DNA of 64,000 bases from NCBI GenBank assembly GCA_963841565.1, contig CAWJCY010000009.1, positions 20,443 through 84,442 of the forward strand. The letters run 5' to 3'. Made by a program: the position numbers and the translations under genes. Below the pieces are notes generated by a model that saw only the letters and a list, made by a program, of their open reading frames with translations, did no database searches and had not been told where the DNA came from. This document shows positions 43,033 to 54,403 of this stretch, piece after piece. Source of the DNA: an uncultured Nitrososphaerales archaeon. Lineage in GTDB: Archaea > Thermoproteota > Nitrososphaeria > Nitrososphaerales > Nitrososphaeraceae. Within the stretch, counting starts at the first letter, position 1, and every line of letters starts with the position of its first letter.

Positions 43033-43933
43033 ATGCGTTTACCTGTCCTAGTAATGGAAGATAGAATGGTTAATGCGAAATCCAGGATCCCTGACTTATT
43101 GCGAGTTTCTGTCCCCGTCTTTGCTGTTGCTATCTTTGCTTTATTTGAATCTTCACCGTCATTCTCTCAAACCCAAGCTGATAATGAAGTGGCAAATACT
43201 TCATCGAAGAATATAAGTAATGCTCGAGATGAAGAAGGAGGGTAAATCTGTTACCTACTATGACAATGTCTCAGGTTACCTAGCAACTCCTCAAAGCAAT
43301 ATTTCTACATCAGACAAGGTACTCCCTGCAGTAGTGATGATTCATGAATGGTGGGGGTTGAATGACAATATGAAAGAAATGGCCGATCAATTAGCAAATG
43401 AGGGTTATGTAGTATTGGCAGCCGATCTGTTCAATGGCACTGTTGCAGCAAATCCTGAGGAAGCTGGAGAGTTAGCAGGCAAAGTGAGAGATAATCCTTC
43501 TAATGCTATCGCGAATCTGCAATCTGCGGTCAGATACCTGGCCTCATTGGAAAACGTGAACTCATCACGGATCGCATCCCTTGGGTGGTGTTTCGGGGGA
43601 GGGCAATCGCTTCAATTAGCATTGAATACTGAACCAGGCTTTCCATTGGCTGCAACCGCATTATACTATGGTAATTTAGTTACTGACCAAGAGGAGCTCT
43701 CGAAGATAAAGTGGCCCGTTCTTGGAATATTCGGCAATCAGGACCAATCGATTCCTGTGGATCAGGTGAGACTGTTTGAAGAAACTCTAAATGCAACTTC
43801 AGTACCAAACGAGATTTATGTATATGATGGAGTTGGTCATGCATTTGCAAATCCTTCTAATGACAACTATGCACCACAGGAAACTTCTGACGCGTGGGAA
43901 AAAACTTTGGCGTTCCTCAAAAAGAATGTTTGA
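43033..43933 (+). CDS. Dienelactone hydrolase family protein; signal-peptide ORF probably separated by a frameshift near 43215
   Basis: IHEWWGLN, GWCFGG nucleophile, GHAF; upstream ORF 43033-43245 carries a signal peptide. Confidence 0.88.
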
Positions 43934-44347
43934 CCTGTAGAGTAACTAGTGAATATATTAAGTAAATTATAGAAGGGCCAAAAAAAGCATAATATAAAAG
44001 ATACTGCATTTCTAAACAAGTGGTATCTGGCTGGTTTCTACAATAACCAATTAATTTCCTATCACTATCAAGTTAAGGAGAACTGTATTAATTTTTTTCG
44101 ATATCTCAAAACCCCAATTAGCCCATATTTGAGAGCTAAATCCTTATGCGCAAGAAATAATATACCTAATTCTATTCTTAGGTGGGAAAGAAAATATCCA
44201 ATTATTATAAATTAATGCTAGATACTTAAGAATTCTGCCTCTATACTACCGTTGAATTTTTAGTTACTAAGGAATTTCTGAAATATATTATAAGCATGTT
44301 CTGCGTATTAACATTGGGTAAGGAAAAAGAGGTGAAATGGATAACCA

Positions 44348-44605
44348 ATGGCATGCAAAGGTATCTGTATTAGGCATAAAGCTCAGAAACCAGTAGGCTC
44401 AGGAAGGTATGCTGCTGGTCAGAAGCGTTGTCAAGTCTGTGAAATCTTTCTCAACTGGATAGGTCTCTGGTGCCCATGCTGTGGATACAGGCTCAGAGGA
44501 ACACCAAGAAATTTCAAGTACAAGAATAGGTTGCGAGAGCAAAAAATGATGAAAGATCTTAAGAAAGATACACATCAAGTACTGGTGCGTATCAACAATT
44601 CGTAG
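44348..44605 (+). CDS. Cys-rich thaumarchaeal small protein
   Basis: MACKGICIRHKA...RCQVCE...WCPCCGYRLR; SD-like GAGGTGA upstream. Confidence 0.85.
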   Translation: MACKGICIRHKAQKPVGSGRYAAGQKRCQVCEIFLNWIGLWCPCCGYRLRGTPRNFKYKNRLREQKMMKDLKKDTHQVLVRINNS

Positions 44606-44758
44606 TATTTATCGAATTCCAAGAATAATCATATCCAATCCTATATCTATTTGTAAATGCTTGAAAGAAACTGAGAAGTACACATCTTATTTTTGTTTTG
44701 CCTCATATGTGTTATTTTGCTTTATATGTATTAATATCCGAAATATCTCTCATCACAT

Positions 44759-45115
44759 ATGGCTGCACATTTGAGAGTGTGTGACGAAAAGACATTGAAG
44801 GATGGTGATATAATGGGTTTTGACTACGAAGTTAATGTTGACAACAGCACACGCAAAGCCAATAGGCGTCTATTAATAGCCAAGGTTGGAGGCAAAATTT
44901 ATGCAACAGATGGAATATGTACTCATCAGTATGCAGATTTATCTATGGGGATTCTAAATGAAGGTGAAAAAACAGTAACGTGCCCCCTTCATTTATCTGC
45001 TTTTAATTTAGAAAAAGGGATCCCTCTGAATCCACCTGCTGAAGAGCCGTTAAAAACTTATGAAGTCTTTATCAAACCGGAAGACGGCGGAGTCTATGTA
45101 TCATTACCTGATTAG
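44759..45115 (+). CDS. Rieske [2Fe-2S] ferredoxin
   Basis: CTH...CPLH Rieske ligands. Confidence 0.9.
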   Translation: MAAHLRVCDEKTLKDGDIMGFDYEVNVDNSTRKANRRLLIAKVGGKIYATDGICTHQYADLSMGILNEGEKTVTCPLHLSAFNLEKGIPLNPPAEEPLKTYEVFIKPEDGGVYVSLPD

Positions 45116-45197
45116 GGATCGAATGCTTCCACAAAGGAGTTTACCTACGTAGACCGCTTTTTTTGCTTGCTGAAAATGTCAGTTTATTCATTGATGC

Positions 45198-45623
45198 ATG
45201 CATTTTGAATATTTTCAACAAGGTATTAAAGTATCTATGGTGATACACCGTAGCACGAAGAAATCAAAGGGAAAGCATAGGATTAGAGCTAGACAGAGAC
45301 CAGTAAATGAAATTAATGAGGATGATATTAATTTTTTTGTTCACAGTTTAGAAGAAAAATTAGAATCTGGAGTGTATCCTAAGCTAAGGGAATTAGAGAA
45401 AATGCTTAAACCTCGTCTCTCTTCCCAAAAAATAATTGCTGTGTTGGGTTACCTGCAAAGATCGAGGATGATAGAGGTGGATCTTGATGGAAACATAATA
45501 TGGATAAGGCGTGATACTTCTGCAAGTGCTGAAAGTGGCACTTTGTTTGATTCTGCTGTCATGAGTGAGGACTTTAGGAAGCTGCTGCAGAATCACAATC
45601 ACACGCAACAACACGCCGATTAG
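45198..45623 (+). CDS. Hypothetical protein (wHTH-like)
   Basis: KIIAVLGYLQRSRMIEVDLDGNIIWI; true start may be the ATG at 45237. Confidence 0.65.
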   Translation: MHFEYFQQGIKVSMVIHRSTKKSKGKHRIRARQRPVNEINEDDINFFVHSLEEKLESGVYPKLRELEKMLKPRLSSQKIIAVLGYLQRSRMIEVDLDGNIIWIRRDTSASAESGTLFDSAVMSEDFRKLLQNHNHTQQHAD

Positions 45624-45809
45624 CATCTACTAATTTGATTTGGAGCGTTCATGAATTATCGGATAACACATTCTTATATCAAGTTCCAGCATTGTTAAAG
45701 AATACCAAATACTGAATATAGGAACTAGGAATGACAATGTTAAATTTCCAAAGTATTATGCCATTTGTTGCACAATTCTTCATTCAGCCCGTTAAAGTAG
45801 ACGATGGCG

Positions 45810-46532
45810 TTATGAATTTAGCTTCGATATATTGATCCATTTCATAACGACCTCAAACGCGTTAGCTCTTAGTTGGCTAATGGTAAGCCTATTGTTGGAG
45901 ATGACTTCATCGGCTAACGCAATGACTTCGCTTATTCCCACGTCTAATTCTCGTCTCTCCCGCTCCATAAAATCGCTCTGAGCTAAAGGTGCGTCCGTTC
46001 TTCCCCTCTCCATTAGATGGACAAACCGAACATTCGATGATGCATGAATTGCCAGAAGTCGCACTTGGCCAACCCGATTAAGAACAGTTACCTCAGCAAT
46101 GCTCCTTATGCCGTCAACAACTAAAAAGGCATTATCTCCATTTCGTTTCATCATTAACATTGAGTCAATTTTCTTTACAACTAATTCCGCAACGGCCCCC
46201 GGACCAAACTGTTCGCGCAACTGGACCATCAATTTCCCTAGATTTGTATCATTGAGCTCGAGTTTAAGCCGCATGGCCTCTTCTCTAATTACGTCACCCA
46301 TCGTTATAACAAGGAACCCCTTCTCCTTCAGCGAGCCTGCAACCGTAGACTTTCCTGCACCTGGCATTCCGGTCAGACAAATAATGACTAGCCTCTTTGC
46401 AGTCAAATCACCTGCATCTTTTTCTACCAAGTCTCTTTCCACTACTTCAGTAGCATACGAACCACTGGGTGATAATAAGATACTTCTTGATTGCATATCG
46501 GAATAGTTCTCTATGTTTTCGAGAAGATGCAT
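45810..46532 (-). CDS. Archaeal dephospho-CoA kinase-like P-loop kinase (UPF0200); start probably downstream of the ORF start
   Basis: LTGMPGAGKST, MGDVIREE, VDGIRS, RGR.D. Confidence 0.85.
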   Translation of the reverse strand: MHLLENIENYSDMQSRSILLSPSGSYATEVVERDLVEKDAGDLTAKRLVIICLTGMPGAGKSTVAGSLKEKGFLVITMGDVIREEAMRLKLELNDTNLGKLMVQLREQFGPGAVAELVVKKIDSMLMMKRNGDNAFLVVDGIRSIAEVTVLNRVGQVRLLAIHASSNVRFVHLMERGRTDAPLAQSDFMERERRELDVGISEVIALADEVISNNRLTISQLRANAFEVVMKWINISKLNS

Positions 46533-46644
46533 TTACTTTCAGATGATGGCATTGAAACAAATGAATTGCCTCTAGGTCTGATGGTGAATTGATTTACTAA
46601 CTATCTTATCAAATTTATAACCTTGATTGTGAAAATGATCCTTT

Positions 46645-47311
46645 GTGGTCTCGATCAAAAGGATTCTTAAGAAGATGGAAGCAGCACTGTTACACTACTA
46701 GACCACCAAGAATTACAGCTCTCGAATCTCTACGATGTGAAGAAGGAAGCGATCCATTCAAGATATTGATTGGGACCATATTGTCAGCTCGCACAAGAGA
46801 CGAAAGTACGACTAAAATTGTGCATAATCTGTTTTTGCGTTTTAAGAACAGCAAGGAATTGGCTAATGCCAACTTGGAAGAAATAAAGGAGATAATCAGA
46901 AGCATAGGATTTTACAATGTTAAGGCAGAACGAATACAAGATGTTTCAAGAATAATAACCCAGGAGTATAAGGGAAAAGTTCCAGAATCAATAGAAAAAC
47001 TCTTGCAGTTACCTGGAGTAGGACGCAAAACAGCTAATTGTGTATTGGTCTACGGCTTTGACAAACCTGCCATACCTGTCGATGTACATGTTCATAGAAT
47101 ATCAAATCGACTTGGCATCGTCAATACCAAAACTCCTGAAATGACAGAGATTGAATTAGCTAATGCAACAAGCAGGAGAAATTGGACGAGAATCAACAAT
47201 ACCTTTGTCATGTATGGACAGAACATTTGTTTACCGAGGAACCCTCGGTGCAATTTGTGTCAGCTCAAGAATGATTGTAATTATTACCGGGAAAAAGATT
47301 CCGGAGGTTAG
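46645..47311 (+). CDS. nth: Endonuclease III; likely frameshift near 46690 in the N-terminus
   Basis: ILSARTRD, HhH LPGVGRKTAN, VDVHVHR, C-x6-C-x2-C-x5-C; GTG at 46645 gives MVSIKRILKKMEAAL in another frame. Confidence 0.92.
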
Positions 47312-47638
47312 GATCGGCCATGCTAATGATTCTCATTAGGAGAACGGGCATCATGAAAACTAGACAATTAAGATTTGAGATATAGAGCTTTTGCCTTAAG
47401 CCAACGATTATCATGTTGGAAATTAGTAAAAATCAGCATTTATTGAACTGCATTCTTGTGATTTACAAAAAGCATTCTTACGGCAGTTGCAGTAACTGAC
47501 TACAGAACCTCATAAATCCAGGCGTAACGCCCTGAATTATTATCATGTTGACCTCCCATTTTTTATTTTAGTTGTTGGTGTTTGTTATTTTATAACCCAT
47601 GTTTGAATCAATTCAATTAGCTTATTTTTGATCAAGAA

Positions 47639-48382
47639 TTAAGGCGGATTAGATCTCTTCTTGAATACCACCAGGACCACAACCAAACCTCCAACGCCTA
47701 CAAGCATGGCAAATGGGAGATAATAGACTGGAGACTCTGAAGGGTCACCAAAAACTAAATCAAATGCAATGGTCCCCGCATATGTATTTAGTGGAGAATT
47801 TAAGCTATCCTTACCATAAATTGTTATGTAACTTGGGTTAAATCCATCAAGGGATAGTCTATCTGTTACTATCCTTTGACCATTATTCACTGATAATCCT
47901 TGATTATTTCCATGTCCCACAACTATTGACTCATCTTTACTCCAACCGCCAGTGTCTCGCTCATACACTTTGATATATCCGGATTCTTCCGTGTTTACTG
48001 CGGTCCAAAATTTGTCGGAGGTACCACCAAACATGGCAATCTCAACAAACTTCTCACTTGGGCTTGCTTCATGCAATCTAATGATTGTCTTTGCATCATC
48101 CCTTTGTGCATAAGACATGTTATTCTGGATTGTCATCATCCAATTTTCTCCGATTGGGGCGTTAAGAGTGTAATTTGCCGGATTTCGCCGATCTGCATTA
48201 GACACATTGAATGCATAAATAAACTGTTCATTACTTTTTGTCTCTGTGGTCTTTATTGGTTGAATATTTTGTAAGCGTTCCTGACTCTGTCCAATCGCAG
48301 AACCGAACTGTATAAGAAAACCAAATAATAACAAGAATAGAAATACTCTTAAGGCCATTTTGTTCCTGATACACTTATCCAC
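47639..48382 (-). CDS. Secreted protein with C-terminal TM anchor
   Basis: Signal peptide; C-terminal hydrophobic helix followed by KKR. Confidence 0.8.
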   Translation of the reverse strand: MDKCIRNKMALRVFLFLLLFGFLIQFGSAIGQSQERLQNIQPIKTTETKSNEQFIYAFNVSNADRRNPANYTLNAPIGENWMMTIQNNMSYAQRDDAKTIIRLHEASPSEKFVEIAMFGGTSDKFWTAVNTEESGYIKVYERDTGGWSKDESIVVGHGNNQGLSVNNGQRIVTDRLSLDGFNPSYITIYGKDSLNSPLNTYAGTIAFDLVFGDPSESPVYYLPFAMLVGVGGLVVVLVVFKKRSNPP

Positions 48383-48736
48383 GGCAATATTAACCGTTAT
48401 GGAATATTTGCCTTTATCCTAAGCACACATTTTTCAAACAATGAGGCGGATGTATACTCTTCACTTAGAAATCTCGACTTTGAAGTGGAAGGATTAGAAA
48501 TTGATAGCGTTGAGCAGCACAGAATTTGATATGATACCGTTTACCTCGACCTATCTTTGGGAACATTAGTATTGTTTAAGATAGGCAGGATGTTGATTAC
48601 TGTCTGAACGAATCATCTTCATCTTAATATCTATCAGAATAATCTCGATTCAAATTTTCAGAGATACTATGCTGGATTTCAAAGGAAAATCAAGCTAGCA
48701 ATATATGGCAGAAATCCATTATCCTCTGAAAGGTAG

Positions 48737-49480
48737 ATGGCTGTCCCTCAGGCGATACAAAACCAACTTAAAAAGGAAGCACATTATGGATGCGTCATTT
48801 GTGGATGTCCGGTGCTTGAATTCATAGACTTCAACCAAACTGGGAGTCAAGTACATGAATCGTTGCGACAAGAAGTATTTCTACCAGAAAATATGGTGGC
48901 AATCTGCCCATCACACAACAAGAAATTCCGAACAGACGAGATAGACCCCTCATTTTTGGCTTCTAGCAAGGATAGCCCTTTTAACAAGAACCACAGCGAT
49001 CTTGCATTTGCGACTACGTCATCAAATGAACTCACTATATCACTGGGAGGATGCACCTTCGTAAACACTTCAAGACTATTGGTAGTAGATGATTTTGAAC
49101 TCATCAATGTGGGAAGAATGGATCAGAGGCTGCTCGTAATGGATGTAAATTTCTTTAATAGAACCAATCAGTTAGTTGGGATAATATTTGAAAATAGTTG
49201 GAGTTCGGAGTGGAGTAAAATTGGGGACTGGGCTATTGAATATCTTCGACCCAAGCGACTAATTATAGAGAATAAACGAGAAGGTATATACTTCGAGGCC
49301 AAAATCGAAAATGGTAAAGACCTCAGGATACTTGCAGATGGTCTATTTTATAATTCTCAAAAAATACAAATCACTCAAAATGAGGTTCTCTTGGACGATA
49401 GGGAGATCGGAGCCGATATCAAAGGGACTGTCTTAACCAATTATGATGTTGGTATAAGAGCTGAGAGCGCTATTCTTTGA
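48737..49480 (+). CDS. HNH-endonuclease-like zinc-binding protein with degenerate active site
   Basis: KEAHYGCVICGCPVLEFIDF...ENMVAICPSHN followed by a beta-rich C-terminal domain. Confidence 0.65.
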   Translation: MAVPQAIQNQLKKEAHYGCVICGCPVLEFIDFNQTGSQVHESLRQEVFLPENMVAICPSHNKKFRTDEIDPSFLASSKDSPFNKNHSDLAFATTSSNELTISLGGCTFVNTSRLLVVDDFELINVGRMDQRLLVMDVNFFNRTNQLVGIIFENSWSSEWSKIGDWAIEYLRPKRLIIENKREGIYFEAKIENGKDLRILADGLFYNSQKIQITQNEVLLDDREIGADIKGTVLTNYDVGIRAESAIL

Positions 49481-49512
49481 TGTTGTGCCTACTAGTCTAG
49501 GCTGACTCCAGA

Positions 49513-50658
49513 TTATTTAACGAATGGCTCGGAGTAGGAAAGTATGACTTTAGCAACTTCTGGTCTCATTAAATGGTCAGCTGGCATTGTTCCAGAACTT
49601 ACAAGTTTTCTCATCTTTGTACCACTGAGTTCTTCCCTTTCTTCCGAATTGTGGGGACATATCTTTGCGCTAGAATACCCCCGACACTTCTTGCAGTAAT
49701 AAAAGGCTGGAAAGAATACTGGTTCAATTTCCAAGTCTGGATACTCATTGAATATCTTCTGCGCGGCAAATGGTTCATAATAGTCGCCTACGCCAGCGTG
49801 ATCCCTACCAATAATGAGATGCGTGCATCCAAAATTCTTGCGCATTATTGCATGATGAATAGCTTCCTTCGGGCCAGCATACCTCATCTCCGTATGAAGG
49901 GTAACAAGCATCGCACTGCCGCTGGAATAATAAGTATCAAGTAGAGTTTCATATGTATGAAGTATTACTTCATCCTTAAAGTCTCCTAATTTTTTCTTAC
50001 CAATAAGGGGATTGATAAATAGGCCATCAAATAGACTAAGTGCAGTCTTCTGCAAGGTTTCGTGCGCTACGTGTGGTACATTTCTGGTTTGAAAACCTAC
50101 TACACTCTTCCACCCTAGAGTTAGAATTTCGTTCCTGGTTTCAGCAGGAGTTTTCCTCAGCTTTCTTGATTGCGAAAAGGGGATTCGGGAGAAAACTTTT
50201 ATCTTTCCTCCTACCAGCACATCATTCATACTCATAGTTTTCATCACGCCTGGGTGCTCCAGATCAACTGTTTGGTATATTTCTTTTGCAACTTTTTGCT
50301 TATCAAATCGATATATATCATCGACTGACATAACCCCAAATGCTTCACTATTATTTACTAGCGAAACTTCACCTGCATCTTTCATCTGGATCGCAGTTTC
50401 ACTTTCTACATCAAGTACAATTGGAATCGTCCAGGGCAATCCGTTTGACAACCTTCCTTCACTAACGATACTCTCAAAATCAGCTTGACAGACAAATCCC
50501 TCCAAGGGGCTAAAAATGCCGTCGGCAATGTTCTCAATATCGTTTCTCGTATCGGTATCAATAACAATAGAGAACATTTCATCAAGATTTTTTTGGTGAG
50601 AACTAATTCTATTCATCAACTTACCTCCATGGGGTGGAGGCATTCCACTTTTTGCCAA
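49513..50658 (-). CDS. sat: Sulfate adenylyltransferase
   Basis: PHGGKL, FSPLEGF, FQTRNVPHVAHE, MRYAGPKEA, GRDHAG. Confidence 0.96.
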   Translation of the reverse strand: MAKSGMPPPHGGKLMNRISSHQKNLDEMFSIVIDTDTRNDIENIADGIFSPLEGFVCQADFESIVSEGRLSNGLPWTIPIVLDVESETAIQMKDAGEVSLVNNSEAFGVMSVDDIYRFDKQKVAKEIYQTVDLEHPGVMKTMSMNDVLVGGKIKVFSRIPFSQSRKLRKTPAETRNEILTLGWKSVVGFQTRNVPHVAHETLQKTALSLFDGLFINPLIGKKKLGDFKDEVILHTYETLLDTYYSSGSAMLVTLHTEMRYAGPKEAIHHAIMRKNFGCTHLIIGRDHAGVGDYYEPFAAQKIFNEYPDLEIEPVFFPAFYYCKKCRGYSSAKICPHNSEEREELSGTKMRKLVSSGTMPADHLMRPEVAKVILSYSEPFVK

Positions 50659-50666
50659 TTATACAA

Positions 50667-51428
50667 TCACTTATTCCTGGTAGGATCCCAATGCAAACCG
50701 CATTCTTTATGCGTTGAACTCTCCCACCACCATCTTCCTGAACGTGGATCTTCGTTTGGTTCTACTGCTCTGGTGCAAGGCTCGCATCCTATACTCGGAT
50801 AACCTTTGTCATGAAGCTTATTGTAAGGTACATCATTGTGCCTGATATAGCTCCAAACCATCTCGTTGTCCCAATCTGCTAATGGGTTAATCTTAATTAT
50901 ATCATTGTGAATAGTATCAATTTCTATCTTGCTGATGGCAGATCTAGTCGACGTCTGTTCTCTTCTTAAGCCAGTAATCCAACCTGACATATCTCTTAAG
51001 GCTCTATCAAGTGGATGAACTTTTCTAATTTCGCAGCAGAGTTTTCGATTTTCAACAGAGTCATACATCAAATTCATTCTATGAGTTCTGAGCATACTTT
51101 CTAGTTCGTGGTGATCAGGACAATAAATGTCCACCAAGATTCCATATTTCTTCTTAATCTCATCCATTACATCATAGGTTTCTTGGTTTAGCCGACCAGT
51201 GTCCAACGTAAAGACCTTTGTCTTCTCTGTATCAATTTTTGACATCATATCAATTAGAGCCACGTCTTCGGCCCCAAAGCTTGAAGCTAAAGCTACTCTT
51301 TCACCAAGTGTTTCAATGGCCCATCTCAATATCTCTTCTGCAGATTTGTCTCTCATTCTCTTTTCCAAATCTTGTACCTCTATCAGAGTAAAATGAGTAG
51401 GTATGGATTGACCAGCTCTTTTTTCCAC
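50667..51428 (-). CDS. cysH: APS/PAPS reductase (4Fe-4S, APS-reductase type)
   Basis: SSFGAED, LDTG, CCEIRK, SIGCEPCT, ECGLH. Confidence 0.95.
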   Translation of the reverse strand: MEKRAGQSIPTHFTLIEVQDLEKRMRDKSAEEILRWAIETLGERVALASSFGAEDVALIDMMSKIDTEKTKVFTLDTGRLNQETYDVMDEIKKKYGILVDIYCPDHHELESMLRTHRMNLMYDSVENRKLCCEIRKVHPLDRALRDMSGWITGLRREQTSTRSAISKIEIDTIHNDIIKINPLADWDNEMVWSYIRHNDVPYNKLHDKGYPSIGCEPCTRAVEPNEDPRSGRWWWESSTHKECGLHWDPTRNK

Positions 51429-51531
51429 AATGGTTCGTACCTCCTTACACTTATAATTTTTCGTTCCTTAATGGGTTGATAAGGAATCAACCAGAATTTA
51501 TAAATTTAATGTGGCATAACATCAGACAGAA

Positions 51532-51714
51532 ATGAAGAAATTGGTATGCAGAGACGTAGGTCTGGACTGTGACTATGTGATTCTTGGAGATTCGAACGAG
51601 GAAGTGACTTCCAAGGCTTTTAAACATGCATGGGAAGCTCATGCGATCAGCGCTGAGGAAATGACGTCCGATATGAAAACTAGAATAGGCGAGAACATCG
51701 TAGCTACCGAATAA
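51532..51714 (+). CDS. DUF1059 small metal-binding protein
   Basis: MKKLVCRDVGLDCDY...EEV...HAWEAH. Confidence 0.85.
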   Translation: MKKLVCRDVGLDCDYVILGDSNEEVTSKAFKHAWEAHAISAEEMTSDMKTRIGENIVATE

Positions 51715-52156
51715 AGAATAACATTCACTTAAGTAAAAAGGATAGGTATGTGAGGACAAGAACGCAATTGAAAGATGTAAACATGCGAAACTTCTCCCTA
51801 CTAAATTATATCAAATGTGATAAAACATGAACCTACCTTTACCAAGAATCTCTACAAAAATTGGGAATTGGTTAGAAGACGTCAAATTGCAAAGTCCTCC
51901 TTCTTCTTATCCAATAATTTAGCATATTTTTATGTTAGTTTTCATGTTAAATTGAACGATTACAGTTGTGTTGACACCGAACTTAATTCTACTCTGAAAC
52001 CAACCAACAATAAAGACACTGCACTTCTGATGCCGTGATAGAAATGCAGCAGGATTTCGATGTTTTTTGATACAAAGTTAGACGGAGGATCATCTTCGCA
52101 TGAATTTAAGGGGTCTGGTGGTGCGTACTCGCATCGGTAATAATAATAATTGTTAA

Positions 52157-52639
52157 TTAACCCAAGATGTTGAGGGTAAAGTTTGCAATCTCTGGTCGTA
52201 TTGGGTTAAATAAAATCCCATACACAGGAATTTCCATCCTGTACTGGCCAGCCTGATTGAATTTGTAATTTAGCATAGGTATCGTCATTACTCCTTCGGT
52301 CGCATGTAAAGGAACCTCCGGTTGACCTGTTGAATTAGTTGCTTGGAATACTCGACTATTGTTGTCATAAATTCTAAGATTAAAATCGACATGCTCTTGT
52401 AACGCATTAGTACCTGGCTTTAGAAACGATATTTTGAATTTGGTCGAACTCTCATTAACCTTAATAGGGTATGGGGTGGGCTCCAAGAATACTTCCAGAC
52501 TTGAACCGCTAGTTGCATTTTGTAGCGGTGACTTGCTGGCGCTGGACTTCTGGGCATACAACATGTACGGCGTACAAAAAGAATACACTGTTAGTAGTGA
52601 TAAAACTGTCAAAAAGAAAGCATACCTACTATGCATCAT
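52157..52639 (-). CDS. Secreted beta-sandwich-like protein (thaumarchaeal family)
   Basis: Signal peptide; FKISFLKPG...QEHVDF...LHATEG...GILFNPI. Confidence 0.8.
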   Translation of the reverse strand: MMHSRYAFFLTVLSLLTVYSFCTPYMLYAQKSSASKSPLQNATSGSSLEVFLEPTPYPIKVNESSTKFKISFLKPGTNALQEHVDFNLRIYDNNSRVFQATNSTGQPEVPLHATEGVMTIPMLNYKFNQAGQYRMEIPVYGILFNPIRPEIANFTLNILG

Positions 52640-52792
52640 TGCAGAGGGAATATTATTTACCTGAATATTTATGATTTACCATTCTTTTTTACAAGATGTT
52701 TGTTATCGATTTGCGAAGGTAATGCAATGCATTGCATTTATTCTGTCTCTACGTAATATATTACGTGATATAGTAAAAGTGAAAGGTAGTCA

Positions 52793-54193
52793 TTATAACT
52801 TTTCACCATCAGAAGTTGTCGCAGATGACAATTTTAGGTCCTTTGCAAATCTCATTACGTACGGAGTTATGAATGTGGTTATTATAGTTACTATACCTAT
52901 TATCGGGAATATGCTAGTCGAAATTGCTCCGCTCTGCTGACCAGTCTTAGCGACAACCAATGACATTTCAGCTCGTGCAGATGATATACCTAGCCCAGTT
53001 CTTAGAGCAATATTCTTATCATATCCGGACTTAAGTAACACAGCGCTTATTATCAATAATTTTGAGGCAAAAGTCGTTACTATTAGAATCAAGGCGGGTA
53101 GAATTAGGAATGGGATCTGTGATATATCCATAAGTGCCCCTATCGAAATAAAGAACAGGGCCGCGAATACATCCCTTAATGGAACTGTTACTACTCTTGC
53201 TATCGCTGCACTCTTGGATTCGGCGACCAATACTCCTGCGAGAAATGCCCCTGTTGCTACCGATAATTCGAGAGACGACGCCAAGAACGATAACCCGAAA
53301 GCTAAGCCAAGTATAGAGATAAGGAGTAAGGCATAATCATTGGTCTTACCAACTTTGTCGATTATGTTTGGAATGAACCTTGAACCCACCGTAAGAGTAA
53401 TTCCGATAAACGCAGTTACAATTGCAACGGAGATTGCTATCTGAATTATGGACGCAGTTTGATTACTATCATTTATACCCTCAATAGCTATGGACTGAAA
53501 TATTCCAAGGGCAGTAATGGCGATAATATCTTCAACAATCAAGACTCCTAGCATGAGCGTGGCTGACTTGTCTCTAATCATATTTAGCTCTTCCAGGATT
53601 CGCACAATAACTATCGTACTTGAAATAGACATACCTAAGGCGAGAAATAGTGAATCTCTAAAAGAGAACTGTAACGCCTGAGCCACATAATACGAAATAA
53701 TCATAGTACCAATCGTCTCACTTAGTGCTACTATAATGGATATTCTGCCCACTGATCTTAATTTAGCAATAGGAAAGTCAGTACCAATAACGAAAAGAAA
53801 CATAATAATCCCTAACTCGGAAAAGGCGTTTAGAGTATCGATGCTCTGAATTAGGCTAAATGGCGGAGTATGTGGACCTATTATCATACCGGCTATGATA
53901 TATCCTATAATCATAGGTTGCTTTAGTTTATGAGTAACTGCAAGTATCACGGCGGCTACAATCATGACTACGGCAAAATCCTGAACTAGAAACACCGAAG
54001 ACAATGAATCACCAGGAACCTCTGATTGCATTATGATGTCCTGGAAAAGCAATTCGATAGTTATTTTTGTGATCAGTACATTATTAAGAATTTGGTGTCC
54101 AAATACTCTAGCATGTTCATACTTCGTTTCAGTCTTTTTTGAAAAACCTATTTTCGGGTTTTGAGCCCGGCAAAGTTGCTCCGATAGAAGCAT
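52793..54193 (-). CDS. Cation:proton antiporter (CPA2 family); true start probably near 54030
   Basis: KQPMIIGYIIAGMIIGP, ISSTIV, LIVEDI, GAFLAG, FFISIG. Confidence 0.9.
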   Translation of the reverse strand: MLLSEQLCRAQNPKIGFSKKTETKYEHARVFGHQILNNVLITKITIELLFQDIIMQSEVPGDSLSSVFLVQDFAVVMIVAAVILAVTHKLKQPMIIGYIIAGMIIGPHTPPFSLIQSIDTLNAFSELGIIMFLFVIGTDFPIAKLRSVGRISIIVALSETIGTMIISYYVAQALQFSFRDSLFLALGMSISSTIVIVRILEELNMIRDKSATLMLGVLIVEDIIAITALGIFQSIAIEGINDSNQTASIIQIAISVAIVTAFIGITLTVGSRFIPNIIDKVGKTNDYALLLISILGLAFGLSFLASSLELSVATGAFLAGVLVAESKSAAIARVVTVPLRDVFAALFFISIGALMDISQIPFLILPALILIVTTFASKLLIISAVLLKSGYDKNIALRTGLGISSARAEMSLVVAKTGQQSGAISTSIFPIIGIVTIITTFITPYVMRFAKDLKLSSATTSDGEKL

Positions 54194-54403
54194 TCATAGA
54201 AAATTAATAATTTAACAATGTATTAGACTAGAATGATATACATATCTGCCTTATCTGATAACAGTTAGTTATCCGGGTTATTATGTTCTATATTCTGGAA
54301 TTTCTATCAAAGATATTAGTTTCAAACTTAGCTCGTCTGTTTCAATCTACAATCAAGCAAGATTGAATCCAATGGTTTATTTTCGCCCCAATCTATTTCA
54401 GTA

